Part shown: positions 10,201 to 17,612 of the stretch, piece after piece
Layout of the letters: each line of letters starts with the position of its first letter
How positions within the stretch are numbered: the first letter of the stretch is position 1
NCBI GenBank assembly: GCA_942493105.1
Contig: OW818668.1
Location: forward strand, 360,001 to 392,000
DNA: 32,000 nt
From: an uncultured Erysipelotrichaceae bacterium
GTDB lineage: Bacteria; Bacillota_I; Bacilli_A; Erysipelotrichales; Erysipelotrichaceae
Direction: 5' to 3'
Made by a program: the position numbers and the translations under genes
The notes under the pieces: model-generated
What the model was told of the DNA's origin: nothing
Database searches by the model: none
The model's input: the letters and a program-made list of their open reading frames with translations, nothing else

Positions 10201-13066
10201 CTAAGTCTGCTGAAGTGACCCACTCTAATAGATTCTTACCTGTGATAAAGACTCTGATCAAAGTTATTCCAATGGCTTTAAGCATCAACACAGCTTGATA
10301 AGGAATGAATAAGATACCGATAAAGATCTGAAGTGCTTCGGCTTCAAGATCTTCAAAAACAGGTAGATATGATCGTAAACGAATCTTTGAATATCTTAAG
10401 GCAAGGAATTCTGTAAGGATATGGACTGTAAATGTAAAATATTGAATAAACAAGAAAAGTAAGATCCATATATAACCATTGCCTGGCAATACAGTAAACA
10501 TCATGATCACAAAGATCAATAAAGATGGGGAGACTAAACTACGTCTTAAGTTATCCCACATCTTCATCTTAGATAAAAGTGATAAAGGATTCTTAATGAG
10601 CTCTTTATTTCCGTTGATGATCTTATGATGCAAGAAAGGTAAAAGTTGCCAATCTCCTCTGACCCAACGATATAATCTCGCAGCATATGCATTGTATCGT
10701 GTTGGATTTGAATCTACCAAAGTCACATCTGTGATCAATCCACTTCTAACATAAGAACCTTCAAGTAAATCATGGCTTAATACCGCATTTTCAGGAATGG
10801 CATTCTTTAATACTTCTTCAAACACTTGTAGATCATAAATACCTTTGCCAGTAAAGCTGCCTTCTTTAAACAAATCTTGATAGACATCAGATACGGCATT
10901 GGTATAAGGATCGATGCCTTCTATACCTCCAAAGATGCGTGAAAATATCGAGAAGTTTTGATTCGCATTTTCAGTTTCGATCCTTGGTTGTAGTAAACCA
11001 TATCCTTCAGTCACGATATGTTTAATCGGATCGATGACAGGTCTGTTTAAAGGATGAGCCATAGCTCCAATCATCTTCTTTGCCATACCCATTGGTAAGA
11101 TTGAATCACTATCCAGGGTAATGATGTATTTGACATGTTCAAACGGAGGGTGATCACATGAAGAGTTGGCAAAATTATACTGAGAAGATCCAATGACCAT
11201 CTCATTAAACTCCATCAAAGCTCCTCGTTTACGTTCCCATCCGATCCACTTATCATTCTCATTGTTGAACTGACGATCACGATGAAAGAAGTAAAAGATA
11301 TCTTGACCATCTTTAGCATACAGTGCATTAAGCTTTTTAATGCCTTCCAGCGTTGTCTTTATGATGCCTGGATCAGAAATCTTATTGGCTTCATCCCAAT
11401 CACCATAGGCCCCAATCAAGACAAAGAAGAGATTTTTCTCTCGATTGGAAAGATAATGACGTTCTAGATTATTTAAAAGTTGATGAGCTCTTTTCTTATC
11501 TGACAACATCGTCGGTATCGCAACGATCGTACTGAATTCTGTTGGGATGCCTTCACGCAGTTCAAGTTTAGGAAATATATAAGGCTTAACTGTTTTAGTA
11601 ACGAGTCGATTGACAGATGCCAAACCAATCTCGGATGCAGGAATCATGACTGTGAGTCCGGCTATGATGGCCAAAATGAGTTGATTTGATATTGTTCGAT
11701 TGTAGGCATAAATTCCTGCCCCAATCATAAAGACCAGGGTAATCAGTATCATCGATCCTAGATACAAAACCCCAGCATGATGCGTCCAAAAATCAACCAA
11801 ACCAAAGCGTATTTTTTTCTTTTTGGCTTGCACCAGATGAAGATCTTTTACACCCTTGCCGATTAAGTAATATCCCACATGACAGGTCTTTAAATAGGCA
11901 GGATCATGATTCGTTGAGCTTTGAGCATAAGCTAATGTTGCCAGTTTGATGGCTTGTCTGGCAATGAATAATTCAGATACGCCATGCTTTAAGGCCAGTT
12001 CTTCGATCTCATTGCGATAAAGATTTCGTGTTTGTAAATCCATTAAAGGATAAGTACCATCCGGATCTTGTCTAAGGATCTGATCAACAAAACTGACAGC
12101 TTCAAACAATTCTGTCCAATCCATACTTGAGAAGTAGCGTAAACTTGTAAAACTATTGCCCATTAGAACCGTATTCATTGATTGAGCATTATGTTCTTTT
12201 TGTGTAACGGATAAAGTCGTTGTCCCAAGTTGAATCAATATTTCATCCATGATCTTCAAGACATCGACATAACTATGCGTCGATCTGCGTAAACGATAAA
12301 ACAAATGTTCAATAAACGATGAGTCTACTTCATCTGTCTTTAAAAGATTTTCACGAAGAGATTTCATGAAGCGATCTCTATCTTCACCTTCTTCATCTAA
12401 CCATTGATTAAAAACACCATCTGCTTGATGCCATTGATGAGTTGTCCGTTTGATGTCTTCACATAAGTGACGAACATTTTCAATCAATGCTAAACGTATC
12501 ACACCTGGTAAAGCCCAGATTTCTTTGTCCTGTAGGATGTGATGAGATTGATAGGCTTTAAGATACTCTGCCAAATTCTTTTCATCGACTTGACCATTGG
12601 TATGTCCAACCAGTTCAATCGCTACCGCAAAAATCCGTGAGTAACCCTTTAAAGGTCCTGAATTTAAAACAGGTAAAGACCGCATATCTTTCTTTGTTAA
12701 ATCACGACGCAAATTCTTTACTTGTTCTTCGATGATATAAAAATTATCCAGTAGCCATTCTGCTGACTCAGGAATCGCATGTTTCTTTTGAATCTCTTCA
12801 TTTAGACTTAGATACACTGAAAGGATGTAAGCAAAGTTATCATTCATTCTTGGGATTGGCCAGTTGCTCAATTTCATTGAGCGAGATACATTGTGTTCTA
12901 AAGCTGTTTTCTTAGCATGATCTTCAAGTCTCTCGCCCGAAAGCAGTGCATCATGCATATTGAGTTTACGGCCATTGATGTTTTTAGAGATGAGTAGTAC
13001 CGACAGCACAGCAACAAGCATGACTAAAACAACGCCTATAATGATTAAGCCAGTAAGAAGATCCAC
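4292..13066 (-). CDS. Cyclic beta-1,2-glucan synthase-like giant protein (N-terminal and central TM segments, GT84-like transferase, C-terminal GH94-like phosphorylase)
   Basis: 2,924 aa, GTG start at 13066-13064, preceded by the RBS GGAGAGG. There is a DxD-like TLDSDS and an RWVRGDWQ motif, as in Cgs/NdvB/ChvB transferase domains. Hydrophobic blocks occur around residues 430-480 and 830-1000. The C-terminal region carries GSGDWNDGMN, typical of GH94 (cellobiose/beta-1,2-oligoglucan phosphorylase family). Size and domain order match Brucella/Agrobacterium Cgs. Confidence 0.8.
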   Translation of the reverse strand: MDLLTGLIIIGVVLVMLVAVLSVLLISKNINGRKLNMHDALLSGERLEDHAKKTALEHNVSRSMKLSNWPIPRMNDNFAYILSVYLSLNEEIQKKHAIPESAEWLLDNFYIIEEQVKNLRRDLTKKDMRSLPVLNSGPLKGYSRIFAVAIELVGHTNGQVDEKNLAEYLKAYQSHHILQDKEIWALPGVIRLALIENVRHLCEDIKRTTHQWHQADGVFNQWLDEEGEDRDRFMKSLRENLLKTDEVDSSFIEHLFYRLRRSTHSYVDVLKIMDEILIQLGTTTLSVTQKEHNAQSMNTVLMGNSFTSLRYFSSMDWTELFEAVSFVDQILRQDPDGTYPLMDLQTRNLYRNEIEELALKHGVSELFIARQAIKLATLAYAQSSTNHDPAYLKTCHVGYYLIGKGVKDLHLVQAKKKKIRFGLVDFWTHHAGVLYLGSMILITLVFMIGAGIYAYNRTISNQLILAIIAGLTVMIPASEIGLASVNRLVTKTVKPYIFPKLELREGIPTEFSTIVAIPTMLSDKKRAHQLLNNLERHYLSNREKNLFFVLIGAYGDWDEANKISDPGIIKTTLEGIKKLNALYAKDGQDIFYFFHRDRQFNNENDKWIGWERKRGALMEFNEMVIGSSQYNFANSSCDHPPFEHVKYIITLDSDSILPMGMAKKMIGAMAHPLNRPVIDPIKHIVTEGYGLLQPRIETENANQNFSIFSRIFGGIEGIDPYTNAVSDVYQDLFKEGSFTGKGIYDLQVFEEVLKNAIPENAVLSHDLLEGSYVRSGLITDVTLVDSNPTRYNAYAARLYRWVRGDWQLLPFLHHKIINGNKELIKNPLSLLSKMKMWDNLRRSLVSPSLLIFVIMMFTVLPGNGYIWILLFLFIQYFTFTVHILTEFLALRYSKIRLRSYLPVFEDLEAEALQIFIGILFIPYQAVLMLKAIGITLIRVFITGKNLLEWVTSADLERSQKNTLSSYISKMKASFIIAPIIPLLSYFLKPKMFIASLLVMIVWSCAPFVAYWISIEHEPKDEIISRPDLLKLRSVARKTWRYFEEFSNSANHYLIPDNYQVDPPTGLAPRSSPTNIGLNLMAILSAKDLGYFSIFHMGQLMDKTITAMERLDKWNGHLFNWYDTSSAKPMEPLYVSTVDSGNLAGYLITIKQALKASFDEPLMDRRIVDGIEDTLICAGKPGQDYLSKLKAYSQSLSLTFDLNQWSQLLNTLGEIEKIPLNKKPIWMMKVDVMIQRFKHELIDYRPELILLEKCPNTNLTDPFELSLLESVNRLIKLLSGNDSLKQLLVNHQQAQLLLAQLIEDLKSSKSEPYELLDWCQKLAKTLDETDLRLQHQALFIETLIQRIGKLLDEMTFVPLYDSKKQLFSIGFNISENKQTNSYYDLLTSEARQTSYICIARGEVLPVHWFKLGRVLTIVDRHKGLISWTGTMFEYLMPLLIMKTYKHTLLDETYSFVINSQKKYAKQRETPWGTSESGFSALGMNLEYQYKAIGIPWLGLKRGLVEDVVVAPYATFLALMVDPKGAIANLHRLSEEGLDGPYGYYEAADYTQERLTFEAKRTIVKSFMAHHQGMSLVAIDNYLNGNLMQNRFHSDPEMNAARMLLQEKVPTNLVITKSHQEKVTVAKEPRVKERPTIRTFVDPQEGYPKAHVLTNGNYSIMVTDRGTGYSKDKMIALSRWREDQTLDPLGMFFYLKNIETGALWSSTYAPLNVLPQSYKVTFTSDRAVFWRKDGLIDTKTEVMVTTGDSVEIRRISIKNNGDLPVILELTSYFELVLAEQKTDVAHPAFSNLFIETDYNADKHCLVAMRRPRSDKEKKMWIANSVVLKEKSIGSIQIETDRNQMIGRGHDLKSPIVFSDNKPLSNTIGPVLDPIMSHRVRFKVEAGKTSELSFVCAIGENEELMMSLVDKYATSDAIDGAFRLAKVRSQMETRYLNLDSTELELYQDMISELLYGGKSRIEQMAILKMNTRGQSDLWKYGISGDRAQVLVVLSKTNKTQILNEILKAHDYWRLMDLKVDLIILSDEDYSYTNPLYQIIVDIVQSSTTNENQNQVKDIFILDKNKVQPEDISLLYASSRVILIGDGRTMKEQVMKFDQEPLLQLKKPLRTSIQYEPNLLKIPNLILDNGIGGFSQEGHEYVIHLKKGQNTPAPWINVIANPLFGFLISESGSSTTWADNSHESKITPWSNDAVSDTPGEILYLHDDETDETWTTTALPIREDEAYLVTHGFGYSIFEHTSHGIKQRSTVFVSKNESIKLNIVNLKNVSDQRRSLSLTLVIKPILGDSDQNNHLMVKTRLIDQNILILENPQNVSFIDKKVFMDVSEISRSWSTDRKAFFGSGGLVSPDCLSESQLSGKVGAGFDICGALQVKVTLDPNESKEIVFMMGVASTDDEAIHLCQNYRKEGKATEAFTLVKSFWRDKLNQIQVETPSMSMDLMLNGWLQYQTIACRLWARSGFYQSGGATGFRDQLQDSLSIAHLWPELTRKQILLHATHQYLEGDVQHWWHDPQGVGVRTRISDDLLWLPYVSCEYNRISGDDSIWDENVGFISGPPLSDAEDDRYSQPEVSHIKASLYHHCILAIDKASRFGQHGLPLMGSGDWNDGMNRVGHKGKGESVWLAWFLITVLDQFIPICNQKNDHEQAKKYEQIKKQLKNSVEQEGWDGKWYRRAYFDNGQVLGSNQNAECKIDSIAQSWAVISKAGDPIRAQTALKSLEDYLIDRENGLIRLLTPPFNSDEFEPGYIKGYLPGVRENGGQYTHAAAWAIIAFAQMGQGNKALENYDLINPINHTGHFRDYSRYKVEPYVMAADVYSVYPHNGKGGWTWYTGSSGWMIRAGLENILGFKKIGQSLLIDPCIPTYWDSYKMTYNYKTATYNIKVENPDHLNKGVKKIFVDGKLIAGQQISLNDDGKTHDVSVIMGAQKLNSQ

Positions 13067-13892
13067 TTATTTACCTCTCCAAACAAGACTCCAACTTGAT
13101 CTTTAAATGATATCAAAGATAGAGCCGCTGGGTTTCCGCACATGACAAACATGGGCTTATGCCAAACTTGATCTGATTTTGTCCTGATGGATAATCTATA
13201 GAAGAAACATAAATGTTGACCCATCTATCATCAACTTTTGACTAACCAGTAACAATCTAGGTTAATTGAATGTTTCTTTGTTAAAGCATTGTGGGTATCT
13301 TTATTATACTCTATTCAGAGTTGCTTATTTTTTCATACCCACATATAAGTCTCTGGATGCAAATTTCACATTAAAATACGACAATTCATATTGCCTTTTT
13401 TCTCTATTTTTAGTGATTATCTGAGATAATTTATAAAAGTAATCTGTTCTAAGGCTCTATTCAATTCACATTGCTTATTGATTATATAAGATAACTCAAA
13501 TCTACTTTCCTGTATGGATGGAGTCACCCAAGAGTAAAATAGTTTTGATCATAATCTACATATTAGCCATTATAAGTGTATAGTCTGTGTATACCACAGA
13601 GGAAAACATTTAAATCCCACAATCATAAATCGATTGAAAGGTGTGGTAAAAGCATAGATCATCATCTTTATATATTTAACAAAAACACGAAATATGCTGA
13701 AGAATGGCTTCCTTCCATGTTCAACCTAAGAAACATGAGCATGATTTGGAAAGTCACAGGAAATCAGCAAGAATAGCAAAGAATCTAAATCTGATACACA
13801 CAAAGACTTACAGAAATAATAAGTTGATTTGTTGTCGCACGGATTCTTAGGTTTACAAACATGTACTTCTATAAGTACGAAAGGACATTCCT

Positions 13893-14273
13893 ATGGAAAA
13901 GAAGTTTGAAACACGAAATACAGTCTCAGAAGGTAATATGGGGAAAAGAATTGTTATGCTTATCTTTAGTTTTATTGAGGTTTTACTTGCCTTTAGATTT
14001 GTATTCAAACTGACTGGGGCAAACCCAGGTAATGCTTTTGTTAAGGGTCTGTATGATGTTACCCAGATATTTGTTGGAATATTTCAAGGCATTTTCTCAA
14101 CATCAACAACGACTGGAGCAGAAACCAAGGCTATCTTTGAACCCGGAACATTGATTGCGATCATTGTAGTGGCACTTATTGCCTGGTTTGTCATGAAACT
14201 GATGTCGCAGAACACAAGCGGCCAAGTTAAAAGAACAGAAGTCACAGAAAACAATATAGATCATCTTAATTAG
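13893..14273 (+). CDS. Small integral membrane protein, YggT-like
   Basis: 126 aa with RBS AAAGGA upstream and two hydrophobic helices. The pattern LLAFRFVFKLTGANPGNAFVKGLYDVT...GIFQGIF resembles YGGT-family proteins. The family call is from memory only. Confidence 0.45.
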   Translation: MEKKFETRNTVSEGNMGKRIVMLIFSFIEVLLAFRFVFKLTGANPGNAFVKGLYDVTQIFVGIFQGIFSTSTTTGAETKAIFEPGTLIAIIVVALIAWFVMKLMSQNTSGQVKRTEVTENNIDHLN

Positions 14274-14342
14274 GTTTAATGTCGAAGAAAGTAATATCAA
14301 GAATATTTTCTAAAGTAAGGTTCATTTTAATGCATAACTATT

Positions 14343-14376
14343 AAAAGCTGATTCTATCAATGAGTCAGCTTTTTAT
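14343..14376 (+). terminator. Rho-independent terminator of the YggT-like gene
   Basis: Stem aaagctga (14344-14351) pairs with tcagcttt (14364-14371), and a T-run follows (ttttat). Confidence 0.6.
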
Positions 14377-14500
14377 CAATCAAATAGAATATGCAAAGTT
14401 TCATATTTTTTGCACTCATATCAATTGAACCCAAGATAATTCTTACCTAAATTCATGATAATTCAAAGGTTATTTATAGACATTCAAGACCAAATCAATT

Positions 14501-14540
14501 AAAAAGAGCCAACTCCAATCATTGTCGGTAGTTAGCTCTT
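14501..14540 (-). terminator. Putative rho-independent terminator closing the minus-strand island genes
   Basis: aagagccaact and agttagctctt form an 11-bp stem with one mismatch. On the minus strand a T-run follows (complement of aaaaa at 14501-14505). It lies about 370 nt downstream of the Mrr-like gene. Confidence 0.45.
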
Positions 14541-14906
14541 AAGTACAACCTTTTATTTCTCTGTCACACATAATCAGTCAGATTCAAAAAAGGTTTGATC
14601 TCTATGGTGCGCGTGAAGGGAGGGCAATTAGTTGGGAAATAGATTGCGGTATAGTGCTTAAAACTGCCTAAATCCGCTATTTAACTACCAATATTGTACT
14701 CTATTGCGGTGTGTTTTCGTACATTTTTTTGGAAATGGGGGAATTTTGGGGGAATCCAAAAATTCGTAATAAACAAAGATTTATGCCAATTAATTCCTAT
14801 AGCTAATTCTTTCAGATCCAATGTACCAAGATGATATTTTACCGAGAGGCTTCGGCTTACTCAACACACCCCAATAAATTGGCCATTCTTTTCCATTGTG
14901 GAACGA

Positions 14907-15527
14907 CTAATTCATTCTTAGAAACTCTCCAAGAGATAAATTCGTGTTAGTCAAGTATGAACAAGTTATACCTGATCCGGAATTTGTTTGCATTACTCCT
15001 ATGTATTTATCACCCTCTATATAAGGTGTACGAGGACTATTCATAATCACATTCAACCGAGAACGAGTTTGGTATTCTGGACCAGATTCGGTTAACTGGA
15101 TTAATGCGATGCCATGAATTGATGCAAATTTTATTGCACCGGATTGAAAGTTTGAGGAAGAAATTAATATTCCTTTATTTACACCGCAAGCTCTAATTTT
15201 ATCATAAAGTACCTGTACTTTTTCTCTCGTTATACTGGTCTTATAGTGCTTACACTCAATAATCGTCTTGTACTTCACACCCATAATTTCAAATTCTATA
15301 TACCCGTCAATCTGATAGTTTCCGTCTCCAACTTCGATTATCTTATTATGTATAACCTTAATATTCTGGAGTCCTTTAATTTGAGTTTCTAAAATTCCGA
15401 TTGCATATTTTTCAAACTCAATTGGACTCATCTCGATATTTACTTCTAATGTTGGAATAAACATAACACCCTCCGCAAGTTCATTTTTTTCTCGACTAGT
15501 TTTCAAATAATAGTTACATCTTTTCAT
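14907..15527 (-). CDS. Mrr-like (Mrr_cat) restriction endonuclease-fold protein
   Basis: Core QIDGYIEFEIMGVKYKTIIECKHYKTSITREKVQVLYDKIRACGVNKGILISSSNFQSGAIKFA matches the Mrr catalytic pattern D...(E/Q)xK followed by a 'gifitts.F' strand. I prefer the start at MKRCNYY (ATG 15527-15525) with RBS GAGGA 5 nt upstream; the ORF track start is 15587. Confidence 0.7.
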   Translation of the reverse strand: MKRCNYYLKTSREKNELAEGVMFIPTLEVNIEMSPIEFEKYAIGILETQIKGLQNIKVIHNKIIEVGDGNYQIDGYIEFEIMGVKYKTIIECKHYKTSITREKVQVLYDKIRACGVNKGILISSSNFQSGAIKFASIHGIALIQLTESGPEYQTRSRLNVIMNSPRTPYIEGDKYIGVMQTNSGSGITCSYLTNTNLSLGEFLRMN

Positions 15528-15725
15528 ATGATCCTCTACTAGATTCGATTCTGGAATATGAAGTGAGGATGTGTGAATCATATTCATTGCTCAACAAGGA
15601 ATATCTTAGAAATGTGTCCCGCTCTCTTTTTCTTAATTCGCGGTGCTATTACAATATTTAGACTTTTCATCTAGTTCTAATGTAAACACTTTGGGTTAAC
15701 AATTCGTAAATATATTGGAAAAAGC

Positions 15726-16460
15726 TCAGGTTTTCAAATTACCTTTTAAATACGAATAAACCCAGAAAAGAAAAAGTCCAATTAATATACTTGAAAGTGT
15801 GCCTATCAGATATTTGGATCGAAAGTTTTTTTCTGATGAATCATTTTTGCCATTATCAAATTGCCCATATCTAACCATAGTTTTTGCAGCTACAAGGAAG
15901 CCTATTCCACTAATATTTCCAAAAATACCAAGCATAAATACCATAGTACGCTCAAGGATACCAATCAACGCTCCTTCGTCCTCAAAACTAAATCCACTTT
16001 TACTTTGCGTTGTATTTACGATACATACTAGTTTATCGACCAATATACTCGAGGGCATTATAAGATACGAGAAAACTACAGTAAGAAGCAAAATTTGGTT
16101 GATTTCACTACCTTGACCGTTCTCACAGTATAATTTGTATGCAATCAAAAACAAAACTGTTATATGAAGTAATTGATCAATAACAAAAACAATGAACTTT
16201 CTAAAGTTGATTTTCTTAGTAATTTTCTTACTAACAAAAATGCTACAAGTATCTATGATTGAGTGAGATAGAAAAATACAAACTGCAAAGATGGCTACAT
16301 AACTCGATTTAGTAAAAGTAACCAATACAATAGTTTGAATTACCGTGTAAATACAAATATGTCTTAAAAGGCTTTTCTCCTTTTTCTCAGCCATATCGTT
16401 TGACTGGAAATAGAAGTCGCCAAGTGAATGTCCGAACAATAATGCAATTAGGATATTCAT
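15726..16460 (-). CDS. DUF3307/SatE-like polytopic membrane protein
   Basis: 244 aa with about 7 hydrophobic segments. It has the N-terminal LLFGHSLGDFYFQ motif and a later GALIGILER...AAKTMVRY motif that I associate with DUF3307. Its ATG overlaps the SatD-like stop by 4 nt (ATGA at 16457-16460), indicating translational coupling. Confidence 0.6.
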   Translation of the reverse strand: MNILIALLFGHSLGDFYFQSNDMAEKKEKSLLRHICIYTVIQTIVLVTFTKSSYVAIFAVCIFLSHSIIDTCSIFVSKKITKKINFRKFIVFVIDQLLHITVLFLIAYKLYCENGQGSEINQILLLTVVFSYLIMPSSILVDKLVCIVNTTQSKSGFSFEDEGALIGILERTMVFMLGIFGNISGIGFLVAAKTMVRYGQFDNGKNDSSEKNFRSKYLIGTLSSILIGLFLFWVYSYLKGNLKT

Positions 16461-17329
16461 AAGTTAATCTCCTTTAATTGCAGTACAATCTCTGATACAT
16501 ACTTCCTCTCATCCGCAATGCTTTTCGAGTAGTATTTTTGGACATTTTGTCTTGTTGTATTAATTATATAGGCGATATCTTCGGGTACACCTCTAAGCAC
16601 AAATGATGAATTACCTAGATTATATTTTCTCTCTTTTGTTAAATCTAGAATAGAGAATGCTTCATGTTCTCCTATATCGATAATTGGTTGTTTCTTTAAA
16701 GTGTTTGGTTTCATTTCATTTTGTCTGGAATCATGATATGACATGAAAATGATCTCGTTTAATAGAGAAATTTCAATAGTATCTGCATTTTTTAGATAAT
16801 GTATGGTTCCATCTAGGGAAATTGGGTTTATCAATTCATTAATTAATGATATTTGCAGAGATCTTGAACCCCAAATTTGACGCAACTTAATATACATGTC
16901 AAACAACGTATTAATTGCCGATATTTGTATATCGTTTTTTGCAGTTGTTTCTAGTCTAATTGACTCGGCACGTTTATTACTTATAGTACTAATTGCATTT
17001 CTTGCATTATGATATGCTTGACCATCAAGTAAGTTTGAACTAAACCTATCGTCAATATAGTCCAATTGTCCAATGCCTATTCCTGCTCTAATTTTTGTTG
17101 GATACATTAACATTTGAATAATTCTCAAATACAGGAATGCTGCATCTGGGGTATTAAATAATCCTTGAAAAGAGTCTCCGGATGATATTTCAACTTTCTT
17201 TACTAATTGTTCTCTATAGCACTTGTTTAGAAAATCTATTACTATAACTAATTTTTTCTGAACCTCATATCTGTTCTCTGTTTTTCTAGATTGAACAATA
17301 TCAGCTAATAACACCGTTTTCTCGATCAT
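16457..17329 (-). CDS. SatD-like protein: N-terminal nucleotidyl-cyclase-like signature, C-terminal HTH-like segment
   Basis: 290 aa. The N-terminus VLLADIVQSRK ...(about 40 aa)... SSGDSFQGLF mirrors the two metal-binding Asp strands of class III cyclase/GGDEF folds (FxDIxGFT ... GDxY). The C-terminus PEDIAYIINTTRQNVQKYYSKS looks like a helix-turn-helix. The SatD family name is recalled from the S. mutans sat locus, where satD sits next to satE. Confidence 0.55.
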   Translation of the reverse strand: MIEKTVLLADIVQSRKTENRYEVQKKLVIVIDFLNKCYREQLVKKVEISSGDSFQGLFNTPDAAFLYLRIIQMLMYPTKIRAGIGIGQLDYIDDRFSSNLLDGQAYHNARNAISTISNKRAESIRLETTAKNDIQISAINTLFDMYIKLRQIWGSRSLQISLINELINPISLDGTIHYLKNADTIEISLLNEIIFMSYHDSRQNEMKPNTLKKQPIIDIGEHEAFSILDLTKERKYNLGNSSFVLRGVPEDIAYIINTTRQNVQKYYSKSIADERKYVSEIVLQLKEINL

Positions 17330-17347
17330 AACTTTTCTCCTAATATT

Positions 17348-17376
17348 ACTATATAATTATGTCGAAAATAAAGCAA
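17348..17376 (-). promoter_or_regulatory. Putative sigma-A promoter of the SatD-like operon
   Basis: On the minus strand: -35 TTGCTT (17376-17371), 17-nt spacer, -10 TATAGT (17353-17348). The RBS AGGAG and the ATG at 17329 follow. The -35 lies inside repeat copy 1. Confidence 0.5.
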
Positions 17377-17481
17377 CCATTTTAGGTTGCTTTATGATAT
17401 AGCAACTATTATTGGTTGCTTTGTGATATAGCAACTATTATTGGTTGCTTTGTGATATAGCAACTATTATTGGTTGACTAA
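17366..17481. repeat. Four tandem 29-bp direct repeats, each carrying the inverted repeat AGCAAC-N8-GTTGCT (candidate operator array)
   Basis: AGCAAC starts at 17372, 17401, 17430 and 17459, an exact 29-bp period. The two central copies are identical (tgatatagcaactattattggttgctttg). Copy 1 has a longer stem, aaagcaacc/ggttgcttt. Copy 4 is altered in its right arm (ggttgAct). Confidence 0.9.
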
Positions 17482-17501
17482 TTATAAAAGCAATATATGA
17501 T
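17474..17501 (+). promoter_or_regulatory. Putative sigma-A promoter of the SIR2-like gene
   Basis: -35 TTGACT (17474-17479), 16-nt spacer, -10 TATGAT (17496-17501). The -35 is created by the diverged right arm of repeat copy 4. Confidence 0.5.
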
Positions 17502-17612
17502 TAATCTGAGTGGTCTGTGACTAATAGCCAGTTAGTAAAATTAACAGAATATCTACCTAAACAGATATGGTTTAGATAATAATATTTGGAAATCCCGAAA
17601 GGATAAAATAGA

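Noticed and set aside
13576-13776. 66-aa ORF in the long intergenic region.
   Set aside because: It has no Shine-Dalgarno sequence and no recognisable motif, and its composition is that of random AT-rich sequence. I treat it as non-coding.
14581-14700. Possible intact tRNA or tmRNA gene in the GC-richer patch at the left island border.
   Set aside because: Only an acceptor/CCA-like 17-mer is present. No T-loop (GTTCGAATC-like) or complementary 5' acceptor strand could be found on either strand. I keep it only as a possible att remnant (see findings).
17366-17481. Could the 29-bp tandem repeats be a small CRISPR array?
   Set aside because: The repeats are directly adjacent with no unique spacers between them, and there are no cas genes in the window. 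Their position between two divergent promoters fits an operator array instead.
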